A stretch of 64,000 nt of DNA from Bacilli bacterium (GCA_051872765.1 JBJEED010000091.1:17878-81877); one strand, 5' to 3'; shown: positions 30,669-41,351, numbered from the stretch's first letter. Translations and numbers: made by a program. The notes: a model not told the origin generated them from the sequence alone.

Positions 30669-31232
30669 ATGAAAAAGCAAAGAAACACACAAATGCTGGT
30701 TATTGCAGTCTTAGCAATTGCGGTATTGACAATGTCAGTAGGTTTTGCGGCATTTACTCAAAGATTAGATATTAATAGTAATACTACAGTTGGTGTGTCA
30801 ACTTGGAATGTTAAATTTTTAACTGATAGTTTCACAGTAACTGATGGAAGCGTTAATGTAGATAGTGGTAACATAGTAATTACAGGTACATCTGTCACAT
30901 ATGAGGTTAAGTTATCTAAGCCTGGAGATTTTTATGAATTTACTATTAATGTTAAAAATTCAGGTACATTTAATGCTAACTTAGTTGGAATTACTTTAAG
31001 TTCTTTAACTGAGGCACAATCTAAATATTTAACTCACAAATTAACATATGATGGTGTAGAGTATACTCAAACAACATCTGGATTATCAAAAACATTAAAT
31101 GCAACTGATGGTGTTGCTAGTGTTAAAGTTCGTGTGGAATATGTTGCACCAGAAGATCCAAATGATTTACCACAGGAAGAAGTTCGTATACCTTTAACTG
31201 CATCTCTTTCATATGAACAAAAACCTGATTAG
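30669..31232 (+). CDS. TasA/camelysin-like secreted protein with SipW-cognate signal peptide
   Basis: N-terminus ...LTMSVGFAAFTQ matches the SipW-cognate class (TasA ...GGGTWAAFND); KLSKPGDFYEFTINVKNSG parallels TasA NLKPGD...FQFENNGS. A TTGACT-17-TATAAT promoter lies at about 30580-30608. Confidence 0.6.
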   Translation: MKKQRNTQMLVIAVLAIAVLTMSVGFAAFTQRLDINSNTTVGVSTWNVKFLTDSFTVTDGSVNVDSGNIVITGTSVTYEVKLSKPGDFYEFTINVKNSGTFNANLVGITLSSLTEAQSKYLTHKLTYDGVEYTQTTSGLSKTLNATDGVASVKVRVEYVAPEDPNDLPQEEVRIPLTASLSYEQKPD

Positions 31233-31286
31233 AATAATTTATAAAAATTATGTTTGTTAAATTGATAAATAACAAATATATAATTA

Positions 31287-32414
31287 GTGGGTAAAAATAT
31301 GAAAAAAAATATATTGACATTTTATATATGTAATATAATAATTATAGCCTTAATTGTATTATTTAATAATAAGAATTATAGTATTCTATTATGGATTTTA
31401 TTAACTATCTTTTTATTTTTTAAGTGTGGTTTTCCTAAAGATAAAAATTATTTAAAATATAATACAATTCAAATTGTAATAATTAGTATATTCTCATATT
31501 TTTTAATTACTTATAGTCTTGGTTTAATTACGGGATTTAGTAAAAATTTTTTTGATTTAAATATTAAATCGATTATTATGAATATGCTATATCCTTTTAC
31601 TTTGATTACTTGTCAAGAACTTATTCGATATATTTATGCTAAAAATTGTGTAGATGATATAAAGCCATATATTATGCTTACTTTAGTATATATTTTTTTA
31701 GAAATTTTTACTCAAGTTAATGGATATAATTTTTACAATTTTGAAATATTGTTTAAGTTTATATGTTTAGTAGTATTAAAAAGTATTTCTCATGAAATTC
31801 TATATAGTTATATTACTTATAAGATTAGTTTTATACCTACATTAATTATGAAACTAACATTTGGTTTATATATATACATTATACCTATATTTCCAAATTT
31901 AGGAGAATATTTAATGTCTCTTTTTGGAATATTATATCCGGCTTTGGTTTATGTAATGATATATAAAACTATTCAATCTTATGATAAAAGTAGTAAATAT
32001 GTGACTTCAATAAAGAAAAAATATTTGCTATATCCTGTAATTTTATTTTTATGCATAATTGCAGTACTTACATCAGGTATTGGAAAATATCAAATGATTG
32101 CAATTGGATCTGGTAGTATGGAACCAATATATAAGCGTGGTGATGCGGTAATCTTTACTAAGATAAAATCACTTGAAGAAGTGAAAATTGGTTCCATTAT
32201 AGCATTTACTAAAAATAATATACTAATAACACACAGAGTGGTAAATATTGAATATAAAAATGGTGATTATCAATTTATCACAAAAGGGGATAATAATAAA
32301 GATATTGACATTGGAACTGTTAGTGGCAGTAATGTTAAAGGAATTGTGATACATAAGATTCCTTATATTGGATATCCAACAATATGGATTAATGAAAAAC
32401 TAGGTAATATATAA
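31287..32414 (+). CDS. sipW: SipW-type (ER/archaeal-type) signal peptidase I fused to an approximately 250-aa N-terminal polytopic membrane domain
   Basis: C-terminal catalytic domain has IGSGSMEP (catalytic Ser), ITHRV (His) and KGDNN. The N-terminal half has about 7 predicted TM helices. Confidence 0.7.
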   Translation: MGKNMKKNILTFYICNIIIIALIVLFNNKNYSILLWILLTIFLFFKCGFPKDKNYLKYNTIQIVIISIFSYFLITYSLGLITGFSKNFFDLNIKSIIMNMLYPFTLITCQELIRYIYAKNCVDDIKPYIMLTLVYIFLEIFTQVNGYNFYNFEILFKFICLVVLKSISHEILYSYITYKISFIPTLIMKLTFGLYIYIIPIFPNLGEYLMSLFGILYPALVYVMIYKTIQSYDKSSKYVTSIKKKYLLYPVILFLCIIAVLTSGIGKYQMIAIGSGSMEPIYKRGDAVIFTKIKSLEEVKIGSIIAFTKNNILITHRVVNIEYKNGDYQFITKGDNNKDIDIGTVSGSNVKGIVIHKIPYIGYPTIWINEKLGNI

Positions 32415-32436
32415 AAAGAATAAGTGTGGTGATAAT

Positions 32437-33522
32437 ATGAAAAATGATGATAATTCTTTGTTTATGAGAAAAATTTATTATTTACTCATTGTTTTTTCAA
32501 TTATCATTTTAAGTATATGCTCTTATTTTTATATAAGAATGGGATTAGATAATAAGGTAAAAAATGTTTTAGATTACGAAAGTAGTAGTGATATAAATTA
32601 TAAAGTATATTTAAAGAAAAATAACTTTTTTAATGAAGAATATTTAACTATGAATAAAACTTATATTGCAAGTTTAATTGATCATTTAGATGTTATTTTT
32701 ACATATAATCTTAAATATAGTGAACTTGTATCTGGAAAGTATAATTATTATGTAAAAGCTACTATTTTAGCTGATAAAGATGCATCTAGTAATACAAATT
32801 ATTGGTCTAAATCTTATATTTTAACAGAACCAGAAACTATTGAATTTAGTAAAATTAATAATTATAATATCACCACTAGCGTAATAGTTGATTATCAGAA
32901 ATATAGTGATTTGCTTAAAGAATTTAGAAAAGAATATGGATTATCTATCACTGGTTTATTAAAATTAGAACTTATTGTTGAAAGTGAGACAAAAAGTGAG
33001 TCTATTGAAAATGTTGCTAATATAAATTCTTCTTCTGAATTAACTATTCCTCTTACTGAGCAAGCAATTGAATTATCTATTAATGCTGAAAATGATAGTA
33101 ATTCTGGAAGCATAGTAGAAGAGGTTGTATTAGATAATATTAAATATAAAATATTTTTAGTGCTTGGTACTATTTTAGGAATTTTAGCAATCATATTACT
33201 TGGAATATTTATTTACGAATTAATAATGTTATATCAAAGTAAAAGTAAATATTCGATAGAACTTAAAAAAATAATGTCTTCATATGATAGTATAATTGTA
33301 AATGTTAGTAGTATGCCTAATTTTACTAAATATAAAGTTATTAACGTACTTTCATTTGATGAGTTAATTGATGCTCATAGTGAAGTAAGAATGCCAATTA
33401 ATTATTATGAAGAGAAGCCTGGATGTAAAAGTGTTTTTGTACTTATTAATGGTGATATTGTCTGGATGTATACATTGTTAGATGAAAATTATAGAAAAAG
33501 AATTTTAAAAAAGAAGTCATAA
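32437..33522 (+). CDS. Hypothetical bitopic membrane protein in the matrix operon
   Basis: TM at the N-terminus and near residue 235; no family recognised. Confidence 0.45.
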   Translation: MKNDDNSLFMRKIYYLLIVFSIIILSICSYFYIRMGLDNKVKNVLDYESSSDINYKVYLKKNNFFNEEYLTMNKTYIASLIDHLDVIFTYNLKYSELVSGKYNYYVKATILADKDASSNTNYWSKSYILTEPETIEFSKINNYNITTSVIVDYQKYSDLLKEFRKEYGLSITGLLKLELIVESETKSESIENVANINSSSELTIPLTEQAIELSINAENDSNSGSIVEEVVLDNIKYKIFLVLGTILGILAIILLGIFIYELIMLYQSKSKYSIELKKIMSSYDSIIVNVSSMPNFTKYKVINVLSFDELIDAHSEVRMPINYYEEKPGCKSVFVLINGDIVWMYTLLDENYRKRILKKKS

Positions 33523-33560
33523 TTATTTATAATATAATAGAAAAGGAAAAGGAAAATCAA

Positions 33561-35900
33561 ATGTTAAAAAATCGAAATGTTATTATATATATATTTGTTT
33601 TACTAATTATTTCTTTTATGAGTGTAGGGTATGCATACTATGGACAATTGCTAGAGTTTTCTGGAAATATTAATTTAAAGCCAGATGGTAAATTTCGTAT
33701 AGATAATATAATACTTACGGATACTTCTAATGTTATAAGTAGTGTTCCACCAATTATTACAGATAATACAATTGAGTTTAATATAAGCTTTGGTGGTACT
33801 GAAAATGAGTATTATGCAATATATACAGCTGACTTCATAAATGAAAGTAGCTATAGTTATACATATAATTCTTTTAATTTTACGCCAATTGTTACCGCGA
33901 GTGGTGATGGAAGTGGACAATTATCTTTTGAAGTTAGTAATATTAATGATGGAGATGTAATTTCTCCTGGAGAGATTTTAACGATTACGTTAAAATTGAT
34001 TTTAGATGTAAGTGATTCTGAACAAACATATGATATAAATGCCAAGAGTGATGTTATATTGAATTATAATGAAAAAGGTTCTATTTTTACTAGTGTATCA
34101 CCATTATCTGTAGATTTAACTGGTACTAATGAATTAGCTTTAATTAATTTAGAGGTTATGAACACATATGGTAGAAATATTACTTTTAATATGAAATCTA
34201 GTAATAATAATTTTTCTTTAGTAAATAGTGATGGAACAGATTTAGGAAGTTTTACTATTTTAGCAAATAGTGTAGATGATTATCAAATATATTTGAAAAA
34301 GACAGATAATAGCGTGTTTTATGATTCTTCTGAGACTACAATATTAATATTACAATGTGGTACTTTAGGAAACTATAATACTAGTAAGATAACAGTTTCT
34401 GTTGATAAGTCAGAGTTAAGTGATACTAGTATTCCTGAAATTGGTGAAATTAGTTTTACTATAAATAATAATGAAGGACAGGCTGATCTTAATTGGAGTA
34501 GATTAGATAGTGGGGGCACTAGTATTATTGGTTATACAATATTACTTTATAATTCTACGAATGATACCTTAGTAAATACTTATAATACTAATAGTGACTT
34601 GACAAGTTATAGTATTACAGGTCTTGAAGAAGGAAGTTATTATGTTAAAATATATGGAACAGATCAAGCTGGAAATAATGGAAGTGGATATGTAAATGAT
34701 GCTACAACTAGTACAATTTATTGTCGTCAATCTTCTACTGTTGCTTTAAAATGGATATTTAATGTTACTAATAATTTAACTTATTTGACTTCTTCAGGTG
34801 CTAGTACTGCTTCATTAGGAAGTACATATACTGCAACATTATCGGTTTCAGGAAATGTAAGTTTGCCAACTTCTATTACAGTTACTATGAATGGTGTTAC
34901 ACTAGTAAATGGTACAGATTATACATATAGTAGTAGTACAGGACAAATATCTATTCCTAATGTAAATGGAGATATTACCATTACAGCTAGAGGAAGTGGC
35001 GTATGTTTAATTGAAGGAACAAAGATTAGTTTAGCTGATGGAAGTACTAAAAACATTGAAAATATAAGATATGATGATTTACTTCTTGTTTGGAGTTATG
35101 AAGAGGGGCGTATGGTATATGAATATCCTATTTGGATAGAAAAAGAACATAAAGCGCAATCTTATCAATTAACAAAATTCTCATCAGGAGATGAGTTAAA
35201 AACAATAGGATATCATGGCATATATAATATGGACCTTAATAGATTTGTTTCAGTTGATAATAGAGAAGAATTTGATGTTGGTACTAATGTTGCTATTATG
35301 AATGATGATAAAACAGGTTTTATATCTACTAGTGTAGTTAGTATAGAATATGTGTATGAAGAAGTAAATTATTATCATGTGGTTTCAACTAGATATTATA
35401 ATATAATTGCTAATAATATTTTAACAACTGATGGAACAGTAATATTATCTAATTTATATGGATTTGATGATAACATTATGTGGTTAAATAGAAATCAAGT
35501 AATTAATGATAAAAATAATCTTTATGATTATATAGAATTTAATGATATAATGCCATATTATATGTTTTCTGGCCTTAGAGCTAGTGAAGGTAAGTATTTA
35601 GCTAATTTAGGTTTTTTGAGTAAAGAAACATTTAAATATTATTTACTTCAAAATCAAATGAATAAAGAAATGTTGTTACCGCCAACTGTAAATAAAAATG
35701 GTATAAGACAATGGGTTGTAAAAACAAGTTTAGGATATGAAAGATTAATAGATGAGGGAAGTTATTTTTATTTAGATAATTCAAATACTTTAGGTAAAAA
35801 GATTTTATATTGGTATGATATGTCTACAGGAGTAAAATACAAACCTAATGAAAGAGTTAAAATATGGTATGGTACTTATTTTGAGGCTATATATGAATAA
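33561..35900 (+). CDS. Large secreted protein: SipW-cognate signal/TasA-like N-terminus, Fn3 domain, internal Hint (intein-like) domain
   Basis: N-terminus ...FMSVGYAYYGQ...NLKPDG; Fn3-like LNWSRLDSGGTSIIGYTILLYN...YYVKIYGTD; Hint block A CLIEGTKISLADGSTKNIENI...DLLLV at residue 482 and block F-like YYNIIANNILTTDG (about nt 35004-35435). Confidence 0.6.
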   Translation: MLKNRNVIIYIFVLLIISFMSVGYAYYGQLLEFSGNINLKPDGKFRIDNIILTDTSNVISSVPPIITDNTIEFNISFGGTENEYYAIYTADFINESSYSYTYNSFNFTPIVTASGDGSGQLSFEVSNINDGDVISPGEILTITLKLILDVSDSEQTYDINAKSDVILNYNEKGSIFTSVSPLSVDLTGTNELALINLEVMNTYGRNITFNMKSSNNNFSLVNSDGTDLGSFTILANSVDDYQIYLKKTDNSVFYDSSETTILILQCGTLGNYNTSKITVSVDKSELSDTSIPEIGEISFTINNNEGQADLNWSRLDSGGTSIIGYTILLYNSTNDTLVNTYNTNSDLTSYSITGLEEGSYYVKIYGTDQAGNNGSGYVNDATTSTIYCRQSSTVALKWIFNVTNNLTYLTSSGASTASLGSTYTATLSVSGNVSLPTSITVTMNGVTLVNGTDYTYSSSTGQISIPNVNGDITITARGSGVCLIEGTKISLADGSTKNIENIRYDDLLLVWSYEEGRMVYEYPIWIEKEHKAQSYQLTKFSSGDELKTIGYHGIYNMDLNRFVSVDNREEFDVGTNVAIMNDDKTGFISTSVVSIEYVYEEVNYYHVVSTRYYNIIANNILTTDGTVILSNLYGFDDNIMWLNRNQVINDKNNLYDYIEFNDIMPYYMFSGLRASEGKYLANLGFLSKETFKYYLLQNQMNKEMLLPPTVNKNGIRQWVVKTSLGYERLIDEGSYFYLDNSNTLGKKILYWYDMSTGVKYKPNERVKIWYGTYFEAIYE

Positions 35901-36034
35901 AAAGAGTATAAAAGTATTATATTCTATTGTGATTTAATCTAATAAAAAGTCTTATATTAATTAAATTTAATTAAAAATATTGATATTGAAAAATATTTGT
36001 ATTATAATTAATATAGCAAATTAAGGAGGTACTT

Positions 36035-36313
36035 ATGAAAATTACATCAGTAAAAATTCGTAAAGTTGAGAGAGAAGGATCTCGTATGAAAGGTATTGCT
36101 TCTGTAGTAGTTGATGATGCAATTGCTATTCATGATATTAGAATTATTGAAGGCGATAATGGATTATTTATTGCTATGCCTAGTCGTAAAACACCAGTAG
36201 GTGAATATAAGGATATAGCTCATCCAATTAACCAAGAAGTAAGAACTATGTTTGAAAAAGAAATACTTGATGCATATAACAAATCAGACGAAGTTCAAGA
36301 AAACGAGGAATAA
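36035..36313 (+). CDS. spoVG: Septation protein SpoVG
   Basis: MKITSVKIRKVEREGSRMKGIASVVVDDAIAIHDIRIIEG is canonical SpoVG. Confidence 0.92.
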   Translation: MKITSVKIRKVEREGSRMKGIASVVVDDAIAIHDIRIIEGDNGLFIAMPSRKTPVGEYKDIAHPINQEVRTMFEKEILDAYNKSDEVQENEE

Positions 36314-36364
36314 TAAAAATATATATAGACTAATAATAATGAGTTTATAAGTTGTTTTTAATAT

Positions 36365-36401
36365 AGAATTGTATTTTAATATAAAACAATTCTTTTTTTA
36401 T
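36365..36401 (+). terminator. Rho-independent terminator after spoVG
   Basis: AGAATTGT / ACAATTCT stem plus T7. Confidence 0.5.
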
Positions 36402-36447
36402 GTAGTCTTTTTTTAAAAATATTTCATATTTTTAATTAGGAGGAAAT

Positions 36448-36732
36448 ATGGAAAATAAAACAGATGATTCATATAATCATATAATTAATATTACTGATAG
36501 AAAGGCAATATCATTATCAGGTATAAAAAAAATAAATAATTTTGATGATACAGAATTTTTTGTTGATACTATTATGGGACAGTTGATTATTAAAGGTGAA
36601 AATTTAGAATTATTAAAAATGGATACTTTTCAGGGTAATTTAACTATTAAAGGAAAAATAGTACTAATAAATTATTTAGAAGATAGTAAAAAATTTAAAG
36701 CTGATAATATTATGGCAAGGTTATTTAAATGA
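36448..36732 (+). CDS. yabP: Sporulation protein YabP
   Basis: 94 aa; the ITDRKAISLSGIKKINNFDD...LIIKGENLEL pattern is typical of YabP; followed by yabQ. Confidence 0.8.
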   Translation: MENKTDDSYNHIINITDRKAISLSGIKKINNFDDTEFFVDTIMGQLIIKGENLELLKMDTFQGNLTIKGKIVLINYLEDSKKFKADNIMARLFK

Positions 36733-36992
36733 TTAGTCTTAAAGAACAAATAATATCATTTGTTTTTTCATTTGTATATGGATTTATAATTTATTTTTTT
36801 TATAAAAAAAGTTATAAATATTTATATCATTCAAAAAAAATATATTGTATTTTAAATTCATTTTTATTTATTATAGATGTAATATTAATATATTTTAAAA
36901 TATTTTATTTTATTAGTGATGGTTATATAAGTATATATTTTATATTGATAACACTTATTGTTTTTCTATGTTTAAATAAAAAGTATAATTAA
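36729..36992 (+). CDS. yabQ: Spore cortex biosynthesis membrane protein YabQ
   Basis: Small multi-TM protein translationally coupled to yabP. Confidence 0.6.
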   Translation: MISLKEQIISFVFSFVYGFIIYFFYKKSYKYLYHSKKIYCILNSFLFIIDVILIYFKIFYFISDGYISIYFILITLIVFLCLNKKYN

Positions 36993-37082
36993 TTTTTTAC
37001 ATTATTTAATGTAAATATTTGTCGTTTTGCTTGTTAATAGGTATTAATAAGAATATAATTATATTATGGGAATATAAGGGTT

Positions 37083-37382
37083 GTGGATAATATGAATAAA
37101 ATAGGACAAAAAACAAAATTTAGAGTGACTTTTTTATTACTTGGTCTTATAATATCAAGTGTGTTTTTTGTATCCCAGTTTTTTTCTTATATTACTCAAA
37201 TTATGAAAACTAAACAAGAAATATATGATTTAGAACTTACATACAATGATAAACTTCATGAAGAAGAAGTATTAAATGATGAAATAAGTAAATTGGAAGA
37301 TCCTGAGTATTTGGCAAAATATGCTCGCGAAAAATATTTGTATTCGAAAAAAGATGAGATTATTATTAAAATTGAAGAATAA
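37083..37382 (+). CDS. divIC: Septum formation initiator DivIC/FtsB family
   Basis: N-terminal TM, coiled coil, C-terminal LEDPEYLAKYAREKYLY motif; yabQ-divIC order. Confidence 0.7.
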   Translation: MDNMNKIGQKTKFRVTFLLLGLIISSVFFVSQFFSYITQIMKTKQEIYDLELTYNDKLHEEEVLNDEISKLEDPEYLAKYAREKYLYSKKDEIIIKIEE

Positions 37383-37397
37383 TTAGAAAGGCTTGAT

Positions 37398-38723
37398 ATG
37401 GAAGAAGTATATGATTATATAAGAACTAAGATTGGTTTAATGCCTAATGATACAGTTGTGATTGGTGTATCTGGGGGGCCAGATTCAATGGCTCTTTTAC
37501 ATATTATGAAAGAATTTAAGAAGACATTTGGACTAAGAATAGTGTGTGCACATGTAAATCATAATGTAAGAATCGAAAGTGAGCAAGAAAGAATTGATTT
37601 AGAAAACTATTGTAAAATAAATAATATTATTTTTGAATATATTAAGATAGATAAATGGTCTATGGATAATTTTCATAATGAAGCAAGAACAATTAGATAT
37701 AATTTTTTTGAAGAATTAATTGAAAATTATGGAGCAAAATTTTTAATGACAGCTCATCATGGTGATGATTTAATTGAGACTATATTAATGAGAATAGTTA
37801 GAGGTTCTACATTAAAGGGATATAGTGGTTTTAGTAGAATTGTTAATAAAAATAATTATAAAATAGTAAGGCCACTATTAACATTAACTAAAGATGAAAT
37901 ATTAGATTTCGTTATTAAAAATAATATTAAATTTGCAATAGATAGTTCAAATAATGAAGATCATTATACTAGAAACAGATATAGGCATGTTGTTTTACCA
38001 TTTTTAAAAAATGAAGAAGCTAATGTTCATAAGAAATTTTTAAAATTTAGTGAAACATTATTGGAAAGTAGCAATTACATTGATATAGAAACTGATAAAG
38101 TTATAAATAAAGTATTTCAAAATGGACAATTAAATTTGAATAAATTTTTAGAATTAAATCATGTGATTCAAACTAAAATAATCTATAATATATTAGAAAA
38201 AATATATGGTGATGATTTATTGATTATTGGCGATGTACATGTAGAATTAATATTTAATTTAATTAAATCTAAAAAATCAAATAGTTGTGTATATCTTCCA
38301 AATGGTGTAGTAGTAATAAAGTCTTATAATGAAATTAGTTTTGACTATATTGACAATGAATATGAAGATTATTGTTATAAAATTGATAATTTAGTAAATT
38401 TACCTAATGGTAAAATAATTGAAGTAGTATCTTCAAGTAATGATACTACAAATAATACGATTAGATTAAATAGCAAAGATATAAAATTACCTTTATATGT
38501 GAGAAATAGACATAATGGTGATAAAATGGTAGTGAAAGGTTTAAATGGCTCTAAGAAAATAAATGATATATTTATTGATGAAAAAATAAAAAAATCATTA
38601 AGAGATATATGGCCAATTGTGTTAGATAATGAAGACAATGTTGTATGGTTACCTGGTCTAAAAAAATCTAGCCTTGACAAGGAAATAACAGAAGAGTATG
38701 ATATTATATTGAGATATTATTAG
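37398..38723 (+). CDS. tilS: tRNA(Ile)-lysidine synthetase
   Basis: PP-loop GVSGGPDSMALLH; about 440 aa; upstream of ftsH. Confidence 0.9.
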   Translation: MEEVYDYIRTKIGLMPNDTVVIGVSGGPDSMALLHIMKEFKKTFGLRIVCAHVNHNVRIESEQERIDLENYCKINNIIFEYIKIDKWSMDNFHNEARTIRYNFFEELIENYGAKFLMTAHHGDDLIETILMRIVRGSTLKGYSGFSRIVNKNNYKIVRPLLTLTKDEILDFVIKNNIKFAIDSSNNEDHYTRNRYRHVVLPFLKNEEANVHKKFLKFSETLLESSNYIDIETDKVINKVFQNGQLNLNKFLELNHVIQTKIIYNILEKIYGDDLLIIGDVHVELIFNLIKSKKSNSCVYLPNGVVVIKSYNEISFDYIDNEYEDYCYKIDNLVNLPNGKIIEVVSSSNDTTNNTIRLNSKDIKLPLYVRNRHNGDKMVVKGLNGSKKINDIFIDEKIKKSLRDIWPIVLDNEDNVVWLPGLKKSSLDKEITEEYDIILRYY

Positions 38724-38738
38724 AGAAAGGAAAACGCA

Positions 38739-40649
38739 ATGAATATTAAAAAAACAAAAAATAGTATGAATTTTATGCCATATATATTATTGGCAATGGT
38801 AGTAATAGGATCTTATTTATTTTTAAACACAATGGGTACAAAAATAAATGAGTTAAATTATACTGAATTAACTACACAAATAAATGAGGGAAATGTTACT
38901 GAAATATCAGTCACACCAAAAAGCGCATCAGGAGTATATATTATTACTGGTAAACTTGAAGGTTATGGGAAAGGAGAAACTTTTAGTGTTACTGTACCAT
39001 ACACTGACACAGTTATATCTTCTTTATATGAAGCAGCTGACAATAAAAATTTAACAATAAAGACAAATACTAATCCAGAAAATAGTACTTGGTTAAATGT
39101 ATTAATTAATGTTGTGCCAATTGTTATATTTGGAATATTAATATATATAATGTTTGTTAAACTTGGAAATAATGGTAAGAGTTCTTTTGATTTTGGAAAG
39201 AGTAGAGCTAAATTAGCTGAAGAGGGAGGAACTAAAACATTTAAAGATGTTGCTGGTTTAAAAGAAGAAAAGGAAGAAGTTCAGGAGTTAATTGATTTTC
39301 TTAAAAATCCAAAGAAATTTACTAAAATGGGAGCAAGAATTCCAAAAGGAGTTTTATTGGTTGGTCCTCCTGGTACAGGTAAAACATTATTAGCTAAAGC
39401 TGTTGCAGGTGAAGCAAAAGTACCATTCTTTTATATTAGTGGTTCTGATTTTGTAGAATTATTTGTAGGTGTTGGTGCTAGTCGTGTAAGAGATATGTTT
39501 AAACAAGCAAAACAAACAGCACCTTGTTTAATATTTATAGATGAAATAGATGCTGTAGGTCGTCAAAGAGGTACTGGGCTTGGCGGAGGTCATGATGAAA
39601 GAGAACAAACTTTAAATCAACTTTTAACCGAAATGGATGGATTTGGAGAGAATGAGGGTATTATCATTATGGCAGCAACGAATAGACCTGATGTATTAGA
39701 TCCTGCTTTATTAAGACCTGGAAGATTTGATAGACAAGTTACTGTAAGTAGACCAGATGTCAAAGAAAGAGAAGAAATATTAAAAGTTCATGCTAAAAAT
39801 AAGATATTAGCAAGTTCTGTTAAATTAAAACATATTGCTGAGAGAACACCTGGCTTTTCAGGAGCAGATTTAGAAAACTTATTAAATGAAGCAGCTTTAT
39901 TAGCAGTTAGACGTAATAAGACTGAAATAACTATGGATGAGATAGATGAAGCAGGAGATAGAGTATTAATGGGTCCTGCTAAAACTAGTAGAAAAGTAAC
40001 AGACTATGAGAAAGAAATAGTGGCATATCATGAAGCAGGTCATGCTGTATCTGGTATAGTTCTTCCAAATGGTGAAGAAGTTCATAAAATAACAATTATT
40101 CCTCGTGGTATGGCAGGTGGATATACACAAATGTTACCAAAAGAGGAAAGAACATTAGTATATACTAAAAAAGAATTAGAAGAGCAAATTATAACATTAT
40201 TATCTGGTCGTGCAAGTGAAGAAACTTATATGAGTGAAATATCAACAGGTGCTAGTGATGACTTAAAAAGAGCAACTAAAATTGCTAGAAGTATGGTTAC
40301 TGAATATGGTATGAGCTCACTTGGTCCAATGCAATTTGAGCATAGAAATGAAAGTGTCTTTTTAGGAAGAGACTACAATCAAACTAAAAATTTCTCAGAT
40401 CAAGTTGCACTACAAATAGATCAAGAAGTTAAAAAAATAATAGATGAATGTTATAGTCAAGCTAAAAAAATAGTTGTTAAAGAGAAAAAACTTATTAAAG
40501 TACTTGCTGATACATTAATTACAAAAGAAACTTTAACTAAAGAAGAGATTGAAGAAATTGTTGAAGCAAATAGTAATTATACTTTTGATAAAGACGAGAA
40601 AGAAGAAAAGACTTCTAAAAAAGAAAAAAAGCAAATTGATGAAGAATAA
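38739..40649 (+). CDS. ftsH: ATP-dependent zinc metalloprotease FtsH
   Basis: Walker [12 protein letters not shown], zinc HEAGH motif. Confidence 0.97.
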   Translation: MNIKKTKNSMNFMPYILLAMVVIGSYLFLNTMGTKINELNYTELTTQINEGNVTEISVTPKSASGVYIITGKLEGYGKGETFSVTVPYTDTVISSLYEAADNKNLTIKTNTNPENSTWLNVLINVVPIVIFGILIYIMFVKLGNNGKSSFDFGKSRAKLAEEGGTKTFKDVAGLKEEKEEVQELIDFLKNPKKFTKMGARIPKGVLLVGPPGTGKTLLAKAVAGEAKVPFFYISGSDFVELFVGVGASRVRDMFKQAKQTAPCLIFIDEIDAVGRQRGTGLGGGHDEREQTLNQLLTEMDGFGENEGIIIMAATNRPDVLDPALLRPGRFDRQVTVSRPDVKEREEILKVHAKNKILASSVKLKHIAERTPGFSGADLENLLNEAALLAVRRNKTEITMDEIDEAGDRVLMGPAKTSRKVTDYEKEIVAYHEAGHAVSGIVLPNGEEVHKITIIPRGMAGGYTQMLPKEERTLVYTKKELEEQIITLLSGRASEETYMSEISTGASDDLKRATKIARSMVTEYGMSSLGPMQFEHRNESVFLGRDYNQTKNFSDQVALQIDQEVKKIIDECYSQAKKIVVKEKKLIKVLADTLITKETLTKEEIEEIVEANSNYTFDKDEKEEKTSKKEKKQIDEE

Positions 40650-40666
40650 AATTTAAAATAAATTTT

Positions 40667-40702
40667 GTATACCCATATTTTTATAAATATGGGTATTTTT
40701 AT
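40667..40702 (+). terminator. Rho-independent terminator after ftsH
   Basis: ATACCCATATTT / AAATATGGGTAT stem plus T-run. Confidence 0.6.
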
Positions 40703-40805
40703 AATAAAATATAAAATAATTTTTACACAAATGTCTGCTAAATTACAATTAATATTAACCATGCATTTATAATTGTGCTATAATACACATGAAAAGAGGT
40801 GCAGT

Positions 40806-41351
40806 ATGATTTTATTTATTGATACTCATGCAGATTTAATTACAATCGCATTAAAAAATAATGATAATTTATATATTAAAACTCAAGAAAGTGAATATAG
40901 TCATTCAATATATACTATGCCAATGATAGAAAGCATATTTAAGGAAAATAATTTGGATGTTCATGATTTAAATAAAATAATAGTAGTTAATGGTCCTGGA
41001 AGTTTTACTGGTATTAGAATAGGTTTATCTATCGCTAAAACATTAGCATATGCTCTTAAAATTGATATTAATACTATATCTAGTTTAACAGCTTATTTAA
41101 TTAGTAGTAATATAAAGGGTACTAAAAAGGCCGTTATTGAAGATAATAAAGGATTTTATATTAGTGTATTTGATGAGAATAATAACCCTGTTACTGATGA
41201 ATTTTATAGTGATGAGGATACTTTAGAATATCCACTTGTAGATAAAAAAATAGATGTTAATAAAGTAATAGACTATTGTAGTAACATGAAAAGTGAAAAT
41301 CCACATCATATAAAAGCTAACTATATAAAGAAAATTGAGGTGGAAAAATAA
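40806..41351 (+). CDS. tsaB: tRNA t6A37 biosynthesis protein TsaB (YeaZ); start taken at ATG 40806
   Basis: MILFIDTHADL...NGPGSFTGIRIG matches the YeaZ N-terminal domain. Confidence 0.8.
   Translation: MILFIDTHADLITIALKNNDNLYIKTQESEYSHSIYTMPMIESIFKENNLDVHDLNKIIVVNGPGSFTGIRIGLSIAKTLAYALKIDINTISSLTAYLISSNIKGTKKAVIEDNKGFYISVFDENNNPVTDEFYSDEDTLEYPLVDKKIDVNKVIDYCSNMKSENPHHIKANYIKKIEVEK

Noticed and set aside
33561-35900. Considered a true protein-splicing intein inside the 779-aa protein
   Set aside because: The Hint segment lacks the C-terminal His-Asn plus Cys/Ser/Thr nucleophile and is not inserted in a conserved host-protein site. A BIL/Hint autoprocessing domain is more consistent than a splicing intein.
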